Assembly: GCA_041665485.1 (NCBI GenBank)
Contig: JBAYIT010000002.1
Location: 261,867-325,866, forward strand
DNA: 64,000 bases
Source of the DNA: Candidatus Shapirobacteria bacterium
GTDB lineage: Bacteria > Patescibacteriota > Microgenomatia > UBA12405
Direction: 5' to 3'
Shown: positions 47,500 to 56,196 of the stretch, piece by piece
Position numbering within the stretch: the stretch's first letter is position 1
How the letters are laid out: each line of letters begins with the position of its first letter
The notes under the pieces: model-generated
Databases searched by the model: none
The model's input: the letters and a program-made list of their open reading frames with translations, nothing else
Told to the model about the DNA's origin: nothing
Made by a program: the position numbers and the translations under genes

Positions 47500-47865
47500 C
47501 TAGCTCTCTATTTCTCTCTCACAAATGATGCAAATAGTCGATTCTGGTCTTGCCGCCAGCCTGTCGGTATCAATCATCTTGCCACACTTTTCACAAGTTC
47601 CATATTTACCAATCCTCAATCTTGTTAACGCTCGTCGAAATTGAACCACCTGTTTTTTAACAAAATTAACCTTGATTGTTGATTCAAAATGGCCCAATTG
47701 CTCATTTACATCCTCGTCTGAAGAATTCTCCACCAGCCTTTCTTCATTATTAAAAGGGTCTGCATTTCCCAAATTTTTCTCTCTTCTTTTTAGTCTAACG
47801 ACCTCTCCTTCCAAAAATTTTTTTATCGGCACTAATAATGAATTGGGAAACTTTAGATTGTTCAT
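47500..47865 (-). CDS. DksA/TraR-family C4 zinc-finger protein
   Basis: CEKCGKMIDTDRLAARPESTICIICE. The start is moved to MNNLKF so that it no longer overlaps the upstream gene. Confidence 0.6.
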   Translation of the reverse strand: MNNLKFPNSLLVPIKKFLEGEVVRLKRREKNLGNADPFNNEERLVENSSDEDVNEQLGHFESTIKVNFVKKQVVQFRRALTRLRIGKYGTCEKCGKMIDTDRLAARPESTICIICEREIES

Positions 47866-48482
47866 TGTTCTCTCCCAAGCATAATTAATCCCAAGAGAAA
47901 AAGCAACCCGGAAATCGCTTCCACAGAAACCAACCAAGCTCTCCCGCCCATAATCATCTCTGCAACTGCCAACAATTCCAACACCAGAAAGCCCAAAAAA
48001 AAGAAAATAAAACCTTTTTTACCACTTCGATACCATCCAATACTTCGATACCTTTTTCCTAGCCAAGCGGCAATAATCAAAGCAATTATCATCTCCAAAA
48101 CTAACACCACCTGCTTCCAGTCAAAACTGATGAATAATCTCTTTACCTCAAACCAAACCATCAACCCCACCACTGCCCCAATCACATCCTCACCCAATTG
48201 AGAAACCTTCCAGTTATTCACCCAAGCCCACCAACTAGCCACCCCTACCGATAAAAACCAGCCACCCAACGGTTCAAAAGGAACACTTACCCATCCCTTC
48301 CACTCAAATCCCTGACTTAACCCAGTCAAAACTAATCCCATTAGTTTGCCTCCGACAAAAAAAGCCAATATCATCAACCATCCCAACGCCACCACTCCAA
48401 TCCCATCGTAATCATCCTTTAACCCCCGCCAAACAATATACATAAACATCGCTATTCCCACAATATCCATTATCCACATCAT
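47862..48482 (-). CDS. Hypothetical membrane protein (possibly Lgt-like given the adjacent lspA)
   Basis: Polytopic. The Lgt assignment is weak. Confidence 0.3.
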   Translation of the reverse strand: MMWIMDIVGIAMFMYIVWRGLKDDYDGIGVVALGWLMILAFFVGGKLMGLVLTGLSQGFEWKGWVSVPFEPLGGWFLSVGVASWWAWVNNWKVSQLGEDVIGAVVGLMVWFEVKRLFISFDWKQVVLVLEMIIALIIAAWLGKRYRSIGWYRSGKKGFIFFFLGFLVLELLAVAEMIMGGRAWLVSVEAISGLLFLLGLIMLGREQ

Positions 48483-48542
48483 AATTTAGTATTTTAAATC
48501 CACAACCTAAGATCTACGATCTAAAATCTAACAACTAACCTG

Positions 48543-48626
48543 TGCCGAGGCTGGGACTTGAACCCAGATGGTGTTGCCACCACACGATTTTGAGTCGTGC
48601 GCGTCTACCAGTTCCGCCACGTCGGC
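48543..48626 (-). tRNA. tRNA-Leu (anticodon CAA), type II with long variable arm
   Basis: rc reads GCCGACG-TG-GCGGAACTGGTAGACGC-G-CACGA-CTCAAAA-TCGTG-TGGTGGCAACACCAT-CTGGGTTCAAGTCCCAG-CCTCGGC-A. There is one C6:C67 acceptor mismatch. CCA is not encoded. Confidence 0.8.
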
Positions 48627-48714
48627 TTAAAAAACTCTCTTATTATCTCACGTCCCCTCCCCGATTTTAAGTACTTTTCCAATCTTATCTCTTAGTTCAC
48701 ATCTCTTAGTTCTT

Positions 48715-50022
48715 TTACCCCTTCTTCTCCACGTCAAAAAAACTTACTTGTTTGCCATTAAAGTACAAGTTAAACTGCCCGGTGGGGCCATTACGGTGCT
48801 TCTCAATGGCGCAAGTCACTATCTCCCTCACTTCCTCATCTTCTCGATGTAAAAACATCACCACGTCGGCGTCTTGCTCAATACTCCCCGACTCTCTCAA
48901 ATCCGACAACCGCGGTTTACCACCCCTCGCCTCCATTGCCCGCGATAATTGTGCTGCTGCCAACACTGGTACTCCCAACTCTCTGGCTAAATTCTTTAGT
49001 CCCTGGCTGATTTCCGACACCTCCTGAACCCGATTATCCCGAGTCGTTCCATGCATTAATTGCAAGTAATCAACCAATATAAACTTTATCCCCTTATCAA
49101 CTTGCAATCTTCTCGCCTTTGTTCTCAACTCGGTCACCGTCATCCCCGGGGTATCGTCTATATATAACGGCGCTTCAGCCAATACCCCCATCGACTCCGA
49201 CAATGAATTAAAATCGTGTTCCGAAAGTTGGCCTGTCTTTAACTTCCAAGCATCAATCATCCCCTGTCGAACCAATAAACGGTCACCCAGCTCCTCTTTA
49301 CTCATTTCCAAGGAGAAAACACAGGTTGGTATCTTTTGCTCCACTGCCACATATCTGGCAATATTCAAACAAAACGCTGTCTTTCCCACCCCAGGCCTTG
49401 CCGCCACCACCAATAAATTACTGTTTTGCATTCCTGCCAACATCGAGTCTAGAGCGCCAAAACCAGTCGGAACTCCCCTAAGCCCGCTCCCCATCTTTTG
49501 TAATTCGTCTAGTCTGTCAAAGCTTGCCGTCAAAATTTCCTTCATCGACACCGGAATATTTTTTAAATGTCTTTGAGACAAGGTAAAAACCTCTTGTTCC
49601 GCCATATCTAACAGTTCTTCGGCTGCCAAACCTTCATCAAACGCCTTCTCCGTAATTCTGGCCGCCGCCGTCACTAGCTCTCTTTTCGCCGACAAAGCTT
49701 TAATGATTCTCCCATAACTTTCCACATTAGCACTAGTTGGCACTTCATTGGCCAGCCCCACCAAAAACGCCTTACCTCCGATTCTCTTTAGAACTTTCAA
49801 CTCTCTCAATCTCTCTGTTACTGTCACCAAATCCATCGGCATCCTTTTTTCATAAAGGTCAATCATCGCCTGATAAACTAAGCCAAAATTTGAATTATAA
49901 AAATGCTCCGGCCGTAAAAACTCCGACACTTCCACCATTGCATCGTTATCAATTAAAATCGCTCCCAAAACACTTACCTCTGCCTCATACGAATTTGGCG
50001 GGATTCTTATTTGTTCAGCCAT
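48715..50022 (-). CDS. dnaB: Replicative DNA helicase DnaB
   Basis: 435 aa with an N-terminal domain and a RecA-like core with Walker A. Confidence 0.85.
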   Translation of the reverse strand: MAEQIRIPPNSYEAEVSVLGAILIDNDAMVEVSEFLRPEHFYNSNFGLVYQAMIDLYEKRMPMDLVTVTERLRELKVLKRIGGKAFLVGLANEVPTSANVESYGRIIKALSAKRELVTAAARITEKAFDEGLAAEELLDMAEQEVFTLSQRHLKNIPVSMKEILTASFDRLDELQKMGSGLRGVPTGFGALDSMLAGMQNSNLLVVAARPGVGKTAFCLNIARYVAVEQKIPTCVFSLEMSKEELGDRLLVRQGMIDAWKLKTGQLSEHDFNSLSESMGVLAEAPLYIDDTPGMTVTELRTKARRLQVDKGIKFILVDYLQLMHGTTRDNRVQEVSEISQGLKNLARELGVPVLAAAQLSRAMEARGGKPRLSDLRESGSIEQDADVVMFLHREDEEVREIVTCAIEKHRNGPTGQFNLYFNGKQVSFFDVEKKG

Positions 50023-50569
50023 TCAAGATGACCACTTCTAAGCCTTCCGGTAAACTTTCTGCCTCTATTTTAACTTTGTCTTGTCGGAGGCTTTCCAAAT
50101 CAAACTCATCAGCAAACTTCTTTAGCGCCTCACTTTCTCCCCACAAAATCAAATAATTAACCCCCATCTTCTTCACTATTTCTTTACATCTCTTCACCGT
50201 CATTTTATCCACTCCCAACACTAGAACATCATTACTTCCCAATTTCTCAACTCTTTTATCGTCCCACTTATCAGAAAAGCTATTAGCCAAAACAATTCCT
50301 AAACTATCGGCTCTAACCCGATAAATTGTCTCCAAAGTACCTTTACCGCCGGAAAAACCCTTAACTTCCACCCCGCCCACTTCATAATCTCCCGGTCCTC
50401 TTATTATTAATTTCCCATAAGCTACATCAGATGCATCCAGCTCTCCACTTGAAAACAACAACCCGGCAACGCCGGGGTCAACCGATTTCTCAAGCAGTGG
50501 GTCAACCCACCACAAGCCTTTCTTTGTTTTAAGCCACAATCCAGATTTCTCTAATTTACCTATCTCCAT
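50015..50569 (-). CDS. Hypothetical protein co-transcribed with dnaB
   Basis: ORF overlapping the dnaB start by 8 nt. Confidence 0.4.
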   Translation of the reverse strand: MEIGKLEKSGLWLKTKKGLWWVDPLLEKSVDPGVAGLLFSSGELDASDVAYGKLIIRGPGDYEVGGVEVKGFSGGKGTLETIYRVRADSLGIVLANSFSDKWDDKRVEKLGSNDVLVLGVDKMTVKRCKEIVKKMGVNYLILWGESEALKKFADEFDLESLRQDKVKIEAESLPEGLEVVILNG

Positions 50570-50617
50570 AATTAGCTAATTGTAACATCAAGGTTGTGTT
50601 ATTATAACTTCGACATC

Positions 50618-51073
50618 ATGATAAAAGAATTCCTTATTGCTATTTTTCTTGGAGGCCTACTTGGATTGGGACTCACCGGTAGCCTAATTACCCTTAATCG
50701 TCGCCAAAATAATCCCCCTCCCACTCGGGAAGTTTCTCCAACTCCCACCACAACCATTTCTCCAGCTCCATCCCCCGGGCTTACTGCCAACCAAAACAGC
50801 TCTTCCTCAACCATTAAGATTTCATCCCATCAAAACGGCCAAATTGTCAATCAAAATAAAACCACCCTCATCGGCACCGCTCCAAGCAACAGCACCATCA
50901 TTGTGGCCATCAACAGCCAGTCAACCACTACTCAAAGCAAAGCTGATGGCTCTTTTTCTGCCACCATTGAACTTGAAGCCGGATATAATCTAATCTCTAT
51001 TAGTGCCATCGAACCAAACGATAATATTTCTGAAATCCAAATCAATTTAACCTATTCCACCGCCTCTTTTTAA
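50618..51073 (+). CDS. Hypothetical secreted protein with TM anchor, Pro/Thr linker and Ig-like beta domain
   Basis: Start taken at MIKEFLIAIFLGGLL. Confidence 0.45.
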   Translation: MIKEFLIAIFLGGLLGLGLTGSLITLNRRQNNPPPTREVSPTPTTTISPAPSPGLTANQNSSSSTIKISSHQNGQIVNQNKTTLIGTAPSNSTIIVAINSQSTTTQSKADGSFSATIELEAGYNLISISAIEPNDNISEIQINLTYSTASF

Positions 51074-51077
51074 AATT

Positions 51078-51809
51078 ATGACCAGATTTAAAATTAAAAA
51101 TTTAAAATTTAAAATTTTGTTTTTACTGTTTACGGTTAACGGTTTACGGTTTACGACGTTAATAATTGCTCAATCTCCGATTCCTACCTCCACAACTGAA
51201 GGTAAGGTGGACGAAATTCAGCAGATTAGAGAGGCAGTTCAACAAAAAGTCAAAGAAAAAATCTCTGACATTGTTAAGCCAACCACTATTCGTAAAGCTA
51301 TTATCGGTACTGTTTCTGCCATCACTAGCAACAATCAAATCACCATAACTTATCAAAACAAAGACATAACCGCCAACATTGATCCAGAAGTTGTTTACAT
51401 TGACGCCAAAAAAAATAAAAGCAAAATTACTAACCTTAAAACCGGCCAAGAAGTTCTAATTTTAGGTAACTACCAAACTGAAACCGATCTCTTCACTGTT
51501 AAGCGGATTATTGCCATCAAACTCGCCACCGACATTCTTCCCGCTCCGATTACCGTCATCGGTCAAATTGTTGATACTTCCAAAACTTCAAATGTTTTTT
51601 CTCTAATTCCCACCAAAAACAAAAACCAACAACTTCAAATATTTTATACCGATAAAACAAAAATTACCCTACTCTCAGGAGAAACAGTCAAAAGTGAAGA
51701 CATCAAAAATGGCCAGAAAGTCATAGTTGTTCTTATTCCCAAAGACAACAAAGCCAACAACTTCACCGCCATCCGACTAATGCTCCAAAATCCCCAAATA
51801 ACCCCTTAA
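51078..51809 (+). CDS. Hypothetical secreted protein (5' end uncertain)
   Basis: The first ~30 codons are encoded by AAAATTT/TTTACGG tandem repeats. Confidence 0.4.
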   Translation: MTRFKIKNLKFKILFLLFTVNGLRFTTLIIAQSPIPTSTTEGKVDEIQQIREAVQQKVKEKISDIVKPTTIRKAIIGTVSAITSNNQITITYQNKDITANIDPEVVYIDAKKNKSKITNLKTGQEVLILGNYQTETDLFTVKRIIAIKLATDILPAPITVIGQIVDTSKTSNVFSLIPTKNKNQQLQIFYTDKTKITLLSGETVKSEDIKNGQKVIVVLIPKDNKANNFTAIRLMLQNPQITP

Positions 51810-51884
51810 TTTCTTGTTTTAAAATTTAGAATTAAAAATTTAAAATTTCAAAAAATAGATTTTGGTTGTTTTTTTATTTTTTGA

Positions 51885-51893
51885 TGTTATAAT
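51885..51893 (+). promoter_or_regulatory. Extended -10 TGTTATAAT 7 nt upstream of the His-leader ATG
   Basis: Read directly. Confidence 0.55.
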
Positions 51894-51900
51894 AACCCCA

Positions 51901-51939
51901 ATGACCAAAGCATTCGCTGCTCATCATCATCGCTCCTAA
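51901..51939 (+). CDS. Putative His leader peptide MTKAFAAHHHRS (12 codons, three consecutive CAT His codons)
   Basis: ATG ACC AAA GCA TTC GCT GCT CAT CAT CAT CGC TCC TAA. Leaderless-type promoter upstream and an intrinsic terminator 28 nt downstream. tRNA-His and hisS follow. Confidence 0.5.
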   Translation: MTKAFAAHHHRS

Positions 51940-51967
51940 CTGGCGGTGCTGATTTGGTCAAAAACAA

Positions 51968-51990
51968 GCCCCGCCGAAGCGGGGTTTTTT
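51968..51990 (+). terminator. Intrinsic terminator GCCCCGC-CGAA-GCGGGG-TTTTTT (candidate attenuator)
   Basis: A 7-bp GC stem with a T6 run. The upstream GGCGGTGC (51942-51949) can pair with the left arm as an alternative antiterminator. Confidence 0.65.
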
Positions 51991-52080
51991 AGTTTCTTTA
52001 AATCAACATCCTTTTTTAATTGGAAATTGAAAATTGGATATTGAAAATTTTAAAAAATTGTATTGTACAATTTTTTACAT

Positions 52081-52158
52081 GGTGGTATTAGCTCAATTGG
52101 TTAGAGCGCCGCTCTGTGAAAGCGGAGGTTGCCGGTTCAAATCCGGTATATCACCCCA
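52081..52158 (+). tRNA. tRNA-His (anticodon GTG) with encoded G-1 and CCA
   Basis: Folded by hand. G-1 pairs with C73, the His identity feature. Acceptor GTGGTAT/ATATCAC. D-arm GCTC/GAGC. Anticodon loop CTGTGAA. T-arm GCCGG-TTCAAAT-CCGGT. 3' CCA present. Confidence 0.85.
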
Positions 52159-52310
52159 AATTCTTAATTTAGAAATTTAAGAATTTAAAAAATTACTTTA
52201 TGAACTTTATAACTTTTAACTTTAAAACTAGTTTTCATCATCCCCATACCGTGGCCCTTACCCCGCGGGGTGGTAACGCGACCTAAAACTTTTTTATTTA
52301 ATTATCTAAA

Positions 52311-52334
52311 GCCCCGTAAACCGGGGCTTTTTTT
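52311..52334. terminator. Intrinsic terminator GCCCCG-TAAAC-CGGGGC-TTTTTTT after tRNA-His
   Basis: Read directly. Confidence 0.65.
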
Positions 52335-52353
52335 ATGCTCCAAATTATTACTT

Positions 52354-53973
52354 ATGAAAACAAAAAATATTATGTCACCAGATAGACTTAAACCAATAGA
52401 AAAAAAGGGGTCTGATTTACTCTCAACCTTATTAGGTCGTCAACTCTATCCAAAAGACGGGGTTACTTCAACTGTGGGTGAAGCTGTTAGGGCGGATTCA
52501 TTATTAATGGCTCAACAAATCGTGACTGAATTAAACGAAAATATATCATTAAACCCAAGCGATGTTACTGCCAAGGTTCTCCCTAGAGCCGAAAGTTGGA
52601 ACTATCAAGCTCAAGCCAGTTCATACAACGGTTCTACCTCTTTAGCCTCACTTTTAGAAACTTCCCAACAAGAGGAGGCTGTCGTCAAAGAAATAATCGA
52701 CAATCAAGGTCCAAACGATCCCGTCAACGCAAATCTTATCGCCAGGCAGTGGTGGGCCAATACTATTGGTTACGAAACTAGAGCCGCCGTCAAAAAGCAA
52801 ACAATGGCCACTACCCGCAAGTTAGCTTACCAACAAGAAATCGCCGGATATAAAATTAAACAGCTTCAACGTACACCAGACACAGAGTACAGCAGTGCCT
52901 ACAATCGCCTAGTCTATCAACGAGCTGATCAATTGAGCACCGCCGAGCTAATATCCATCAATCGGCAGATTGACCTTGAAATAGCCAATCAAGTCAGTGA
53001 TGCCGAAATTATTGACATGTTATCAACCAGAGAAGCAACAAGACAGCAACAATGGCTATCCCAACTTCTAAATGCCGGCCTACGAGAGTCACTTTCTCCT
53101 GACACTGCAGTTAAATTCGCTACCATGTACTATGAAATTAAGCGCCGACAAACCGATGAAATTTGGGGTAGCAAACAGCTTCAGACTATTATTGTTAATG
53201 GGCTAAGAGGTGGAAACATCAACTTTATAACTATGCTTTGTACCATCAATGAATTTGACTACCAGGGTGGTTACACTCTCAACCCAGACCTCGACACCTA
53301 CAAAACCAACCCCAAGGTCGAACCGGTTCCATTGATAATTGACGAAATAGCAGACTTCATATTTTTATTTAAATACTATGGCGTTAGTTGCCAATTAACT
53401 ATGTACGTCGCCGACACCGACTACACCGAAATTGGTGCCAATGGTCCAGTCACCACACCAAATTTAACAAACCTTAAACTATATTTAGAAAATCTCCAAA
53501 GATATGTGGTCAAATTTGAAGGATGTGTTTCAGTCGCCCCAATTTCCTCACTTACCAATAATAATCCAACTTACCTTGCCACTAAGCAACGCGTCCTTGG
53601 GTGGGTTACCGCCCGAAGGGATGTTGGTTTTAATAGTAAGTGGGGCAATAAATGGGAAGAAGATGTTGAAAGAAGAAATGAAACTTTTGGCAAGAAAAAG
53701 TTATGCTCTCCCAACCGAGTCAGACAAGAATCATTAAGGGTGGCTCAAAACATCTGGGCTGTTAATGCTGCCCAAGGAGCCACTTTTAGTAACCTGGGTC
53801 CCAACACTGTTCTCATCAGTAGTGAAAGGCGCGACCGAGACATGAATTATGTCGTTGACCAACAAGCCACCAAAAACTTCCCTCCAGTAATTTATGTCCT
53901 CAAAGCCGCCGAGGATTGGAACCGCAAAGTTGTCAATAAAGCCATATTTCAAGCTGACGATGTTACAATCTAA
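52354..53973 (+). CDS. Hypothetical protein (~540 aa), no recognisable domain
   Basis: ORF track 52270-53973. The start is moved to an ATG downstream of the terminator (MKTKNIMSPDRL...). Confidence 0.45.
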   Translation: MKTKNIMSPDRLKPIEKKGSDLLSTLLGRQLYPKDGVTSTVGEAVRADSLLMAQQIVTELNENISLNPSDVTAKVLPRAESWNYQAQASSYNGSTSLASLLETSQQEEAVVKEIIDNQGPNDPVNANLIARQWWANTIGYETRAAVKKQTMATTRKLAYQQEIAGYKIKQLQRTPDTEYSSAYNRLVYQRADQLSTAELISINRQIDLEIANQVSDAEIIDMLSTREATRQQQWLSQLLNAGLRESLSPDTAVKFATMYYEIKRRQTDEIWGSKQLQTIIVNGLRGGNINFITMLCTINEFDYQGGYTLNPDLDTYKTNPKVEPVPLIIDEIADFIFLFKYYGVSCQLTMYVADTDYTEIGANGPVTTPNLTNLKLYLENLQRYVVKFEGCVSVAPISSLTNNNPTYLATKQRVLGWVTARRDVGFNSKWGNKWEEDVERRNETFGKKKLCSPNRVRQESLRVAQNIWAVNAAQGATFSNLGPNTVLISSERRDRDMNYVVDQQATKNFPPVIYVLKAAEDWNRKVVNKAIFQADDVTI

Positions 53974-53979
53974 CTAACC

Positions 53980-55188
53980 ATGAACCAAAATAAATCACAG
54001 CCATTACGGGGTTTTCGAGATTTTTTACCTATAGAAGCCAGCAAAAGACAATGGCTCAGAAATAAACTATCGCAAATTTTTGAGAAATGGGGTTACGAAC
54101 CTCTTGAAACTCCCACTCTTGAACCATTGGAAATTTTTGAAAATCAAATTGGTGAAGGTGAAAACATGTTCTTTAAATTTGAAGACAACGGTGGCAGAAA
54201 AGTAGCCTTAAGATACGACCAATCAGTGCCAACTGCCCGAGTTGTTGCCAGATTTGCCAATGAAATCGCCTTTCCCTTCAAACGTTACCAAATACAGTCG
54301 GCCTTCCGTGCCGAAAAACCTCAAAAGGGAAGGTATCGCGAATTTGTTCAATGCGACGCCGACATTTTTGGAGTTAAAGATATCAGCGCTGACGCCGAAG
54401 TTATCGCCTTAGCCATATCCATCTACAAAGAACTTGGCTTTCCCCAAGCCAAAGTATTTGTCAGCGACAGAGATTTACTAAAAAATCTACCTTATGAAGC
54501 CATAATCGCCATAGATAAACTGGAAAAAATCGGCGAAAAATCAGTAATTGAAGAGATGGTTAAAAAAGGAATTGACAAAAATGAAGCAGTAAAGTATCTA
54601 AACCAAGCAACCAACCTAAAACCAAACAATAATATCGAATATATCCTCAAATATCTAAAAGACAGTAATATCGACGAAAACTGGTTTTCTTTCGAACCAA
54701 CCCTGGCCAGATCATTCTCCTATTCAAACGGACCAATTTGGGAAGTAAAAATACCAGGCTTTGTCAGCGGGTCAGTTCTCGGCGGTGAAAGATTTGACAG
54801 TGTTGCCAAAAAGATTTCCGGGCTAGACATCGCCGCCACTGGTTTTGGCCTTGGGTTTGACCGTACCATCGAAGCAATGGAACAGTTTAGCCTTCTTCCA
54901 AACTCCAAAACCAACACCAAAGTCCTAGTCACCGTCTTTTCTCCCGACACTCAAACCGAAAGCATTAAACTCGCCAACGAGCTTCGCCAAAGCAATATCA
55001 ACACTCTCCTCTACCCTACTCCAGAGAAACTTAGCAAACAATTTAAATATGCTTCTGACAAAAATATCCCCTACGTCGCCGTTCTCGGCCCCGACGAGTT
55101 AAAAAACAACACCATTACTCTCAAAAATATGATCACTGGTGAACAAAAACAGCTCAATTTATCAAGTCTCTTGGTTCAACTCTCTTAA
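53980..55188 (+). CDS. hisS: Histidyl-tRNA synthetase
   Basis: Class II motifs including GFRDFLP, plus a C-terminal anticodon-binding domain. Confidence 0.8.
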   Translation: MNQNKSQPLRGFRDFLPIEASKRQWLRNKLSQIFEKWGYEPLETPTLEPLEIFENQIGEGENMFFKFEDNGGRKVALRYDQSVPTARVVARFANEIAFPFKRYQIQSAFRAEKPQKGRYREFVQCDADIFGVKDISADAEVIALAISIYKELGFPQAKVFVSDRDLLKNLPYEAIIAIDKLEKIGEKSVIEEMVKKGIDKNEAVKYLNQATNLKPNNNIEYILKYLKDSNIDENWFSFEPTLARSFSYSNGPIWEVKIPGFVSGSVLGGERFDSVAKKISGLDIAATGFGLGFDRTIEAMEQFSLLPNSKTNTKVLVTVFSPDTQTESIKLANELRQSNINTLLYPTPEKLSKQFKYASDKNIPYVAVLGPDELKNNTITLKNMITGEQKQLNLSSLLVQLS

Positions 55189-55546
55189 TTCCCGGCAACT
55201 TGTCAAACTCCTTGTCGTAGGAAACAACCACCCCGTCTCCACCCATCACCGACCAAATCACACAATCGTTAAATTTTGCCTTGACCTTTTCAAATAAATT
55301 CAAGGCGTCTTCCATATTATATTCATATACTATCTCTCCCAAAGTTGTTACCGATCTCTGAAACTCAATAATCTCTTTCTTCGACGACTTGTAAAACCTA
55401 CTCATAAGCCAAACCATTTCTTCCACCACTACAGCGGGGATCAATACCTCATCAACCCCCTGTCTCAAAAAATTAACCAAACTTTTTGTCTCACCAACCC
55501 CCTCATACAATCTCGCTAAAATATTCGTATCGACATAATACCTCAT
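55154..55546 (-). CDS. PIN-domain ribonuclease (VapC-like toxin)
   Basis: MRYYVDTNILAR... Confidence 0.6.
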   Translation of the reverse strand: MRYYVDTNILARLYEGVGETKSLVNFLRQGVDEVLIPAVVVEEMVWLMSRFYKSSKKEIIEFQRSVTTLGEIVYEYNMEDALNLFEKVKAKFNDCVIWSVMGGDGVVVSYDKEFDKLPGIKRVEPRDLIN

Positions 55547-55791
55547 ACTCTATCGTAGTTTTCTTCCATGTATTTTCTAAAATCAAAATCAGCTGGCGCC
55601 TTTATTTTCGATTTTCCGGCAAATTCCATAATATCCTTAATCGGTTGTATTACAAATTTTCCGTTTTCCTCAACAATCCTCATTTTGCCCGGACTTTTTA
55701 CTTTCAACTTCTTTAATAAAATTTCAGGAAAATAGGCTAATTTTCTACTTGAAACCGAAACTAAGTATGTCATAAAATCATCATAATACAT
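55543..55791 (-). CDS. Putative VapB-type antitoxin (swapped-hairpin/AbrB-like)
   Basis: 4-nt overlap with the PIN gene. ...GKFVIQP... Confidence 0.45.
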   Translation of the reverse strand: MYYDDFMTYLVSVSSRKLAYFPEILLKKLKVKSPGKMRIVEENGKFVIQPIKDIMEFAGKSKIKAPADFDFRKYMEENYDRV

Positions 55792-55874
55792 AATTTTTGT
55801 ATTGTCAATAATTAGTGCACAAATTATGTATTTTTCTATCTTGATTCTTAGCTCTTATTTCTTGATTCGATTTT

Positions 55875-55883
55875 TGTTATAAT
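55875..55883 (+). promoter_or_regulatory. Extended -10 TGTTATAAT 7 nt upstream of rpmE ATG
   Basis: Read directly. Confidence 0.5.
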
Positions 55884-55890
55884 CCTCCCT

Positions 55891-56151
55891 ATGAAAGCTA
55901 ACACTCATCCCAAATATTACGACAATTGTCAGGTCACTTGTGCCTGTGGCAACAAATTCACCACCGGTTCGACTCTGGAAAAAATCGAAGTCGAAGTTTG
56001 TTCAAAATGTCACCCCTTCTTCACTGGCCAGCAAAAGTTTGTTGACATCAAAGGAAGAATTGACAGGTTCCGCGAAAAACAAGCCCAAGGCGCTTCTTTT
56101 GTCAAAAAATCCACTCGCAAATCTGCCACTAAAAAAAGTAAAGATAAATAG
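55891..56151 (+). CDS. rpmE: 50S ribosomal protein L31
   Basis: MKANTHPKYYDNCQVTCACGNKFTTGST...CSKCHPFFTG. Confidence 0.85.
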   Translation: MKANTHPKYYDNCQVTCACGNKFTTGSTLEKIEVEVCSKCHPFFTGQQKFVDIKGRIDRFREKQAQGASFVKKSTRKSATKKSKDK

Positions 56152-56196
56152 CTTCCTTCGCTTTTAACTTTTAACTTTATAACTTTAAACTTATTC

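Noticed and set aside
14407-52210. Possible CRISPR arrays among the many tandem repeats
   Set aside because: Units are 7-12 bp with no unique spacers of 25-40 bp, and no cas genes are present. They are simple sequence repeats.
52261-52300. Palindrome ACCCCGCGGGGT as a terminator
   Set aside because: There is no loop (perfect 12-nt palindrome), and the T-run is about 20 nt away. The adjacent GCCCCG-TAAAC-CGGGGC-T7 at 52311-52334 is the real terminator.
56152-56196. Programmed frameshift (prfB-like) explaining the short release factor
   Set aside because: Only 45 nt separate it from rpmE, and no frame encodes RF domain 1. The short form appears genuine.
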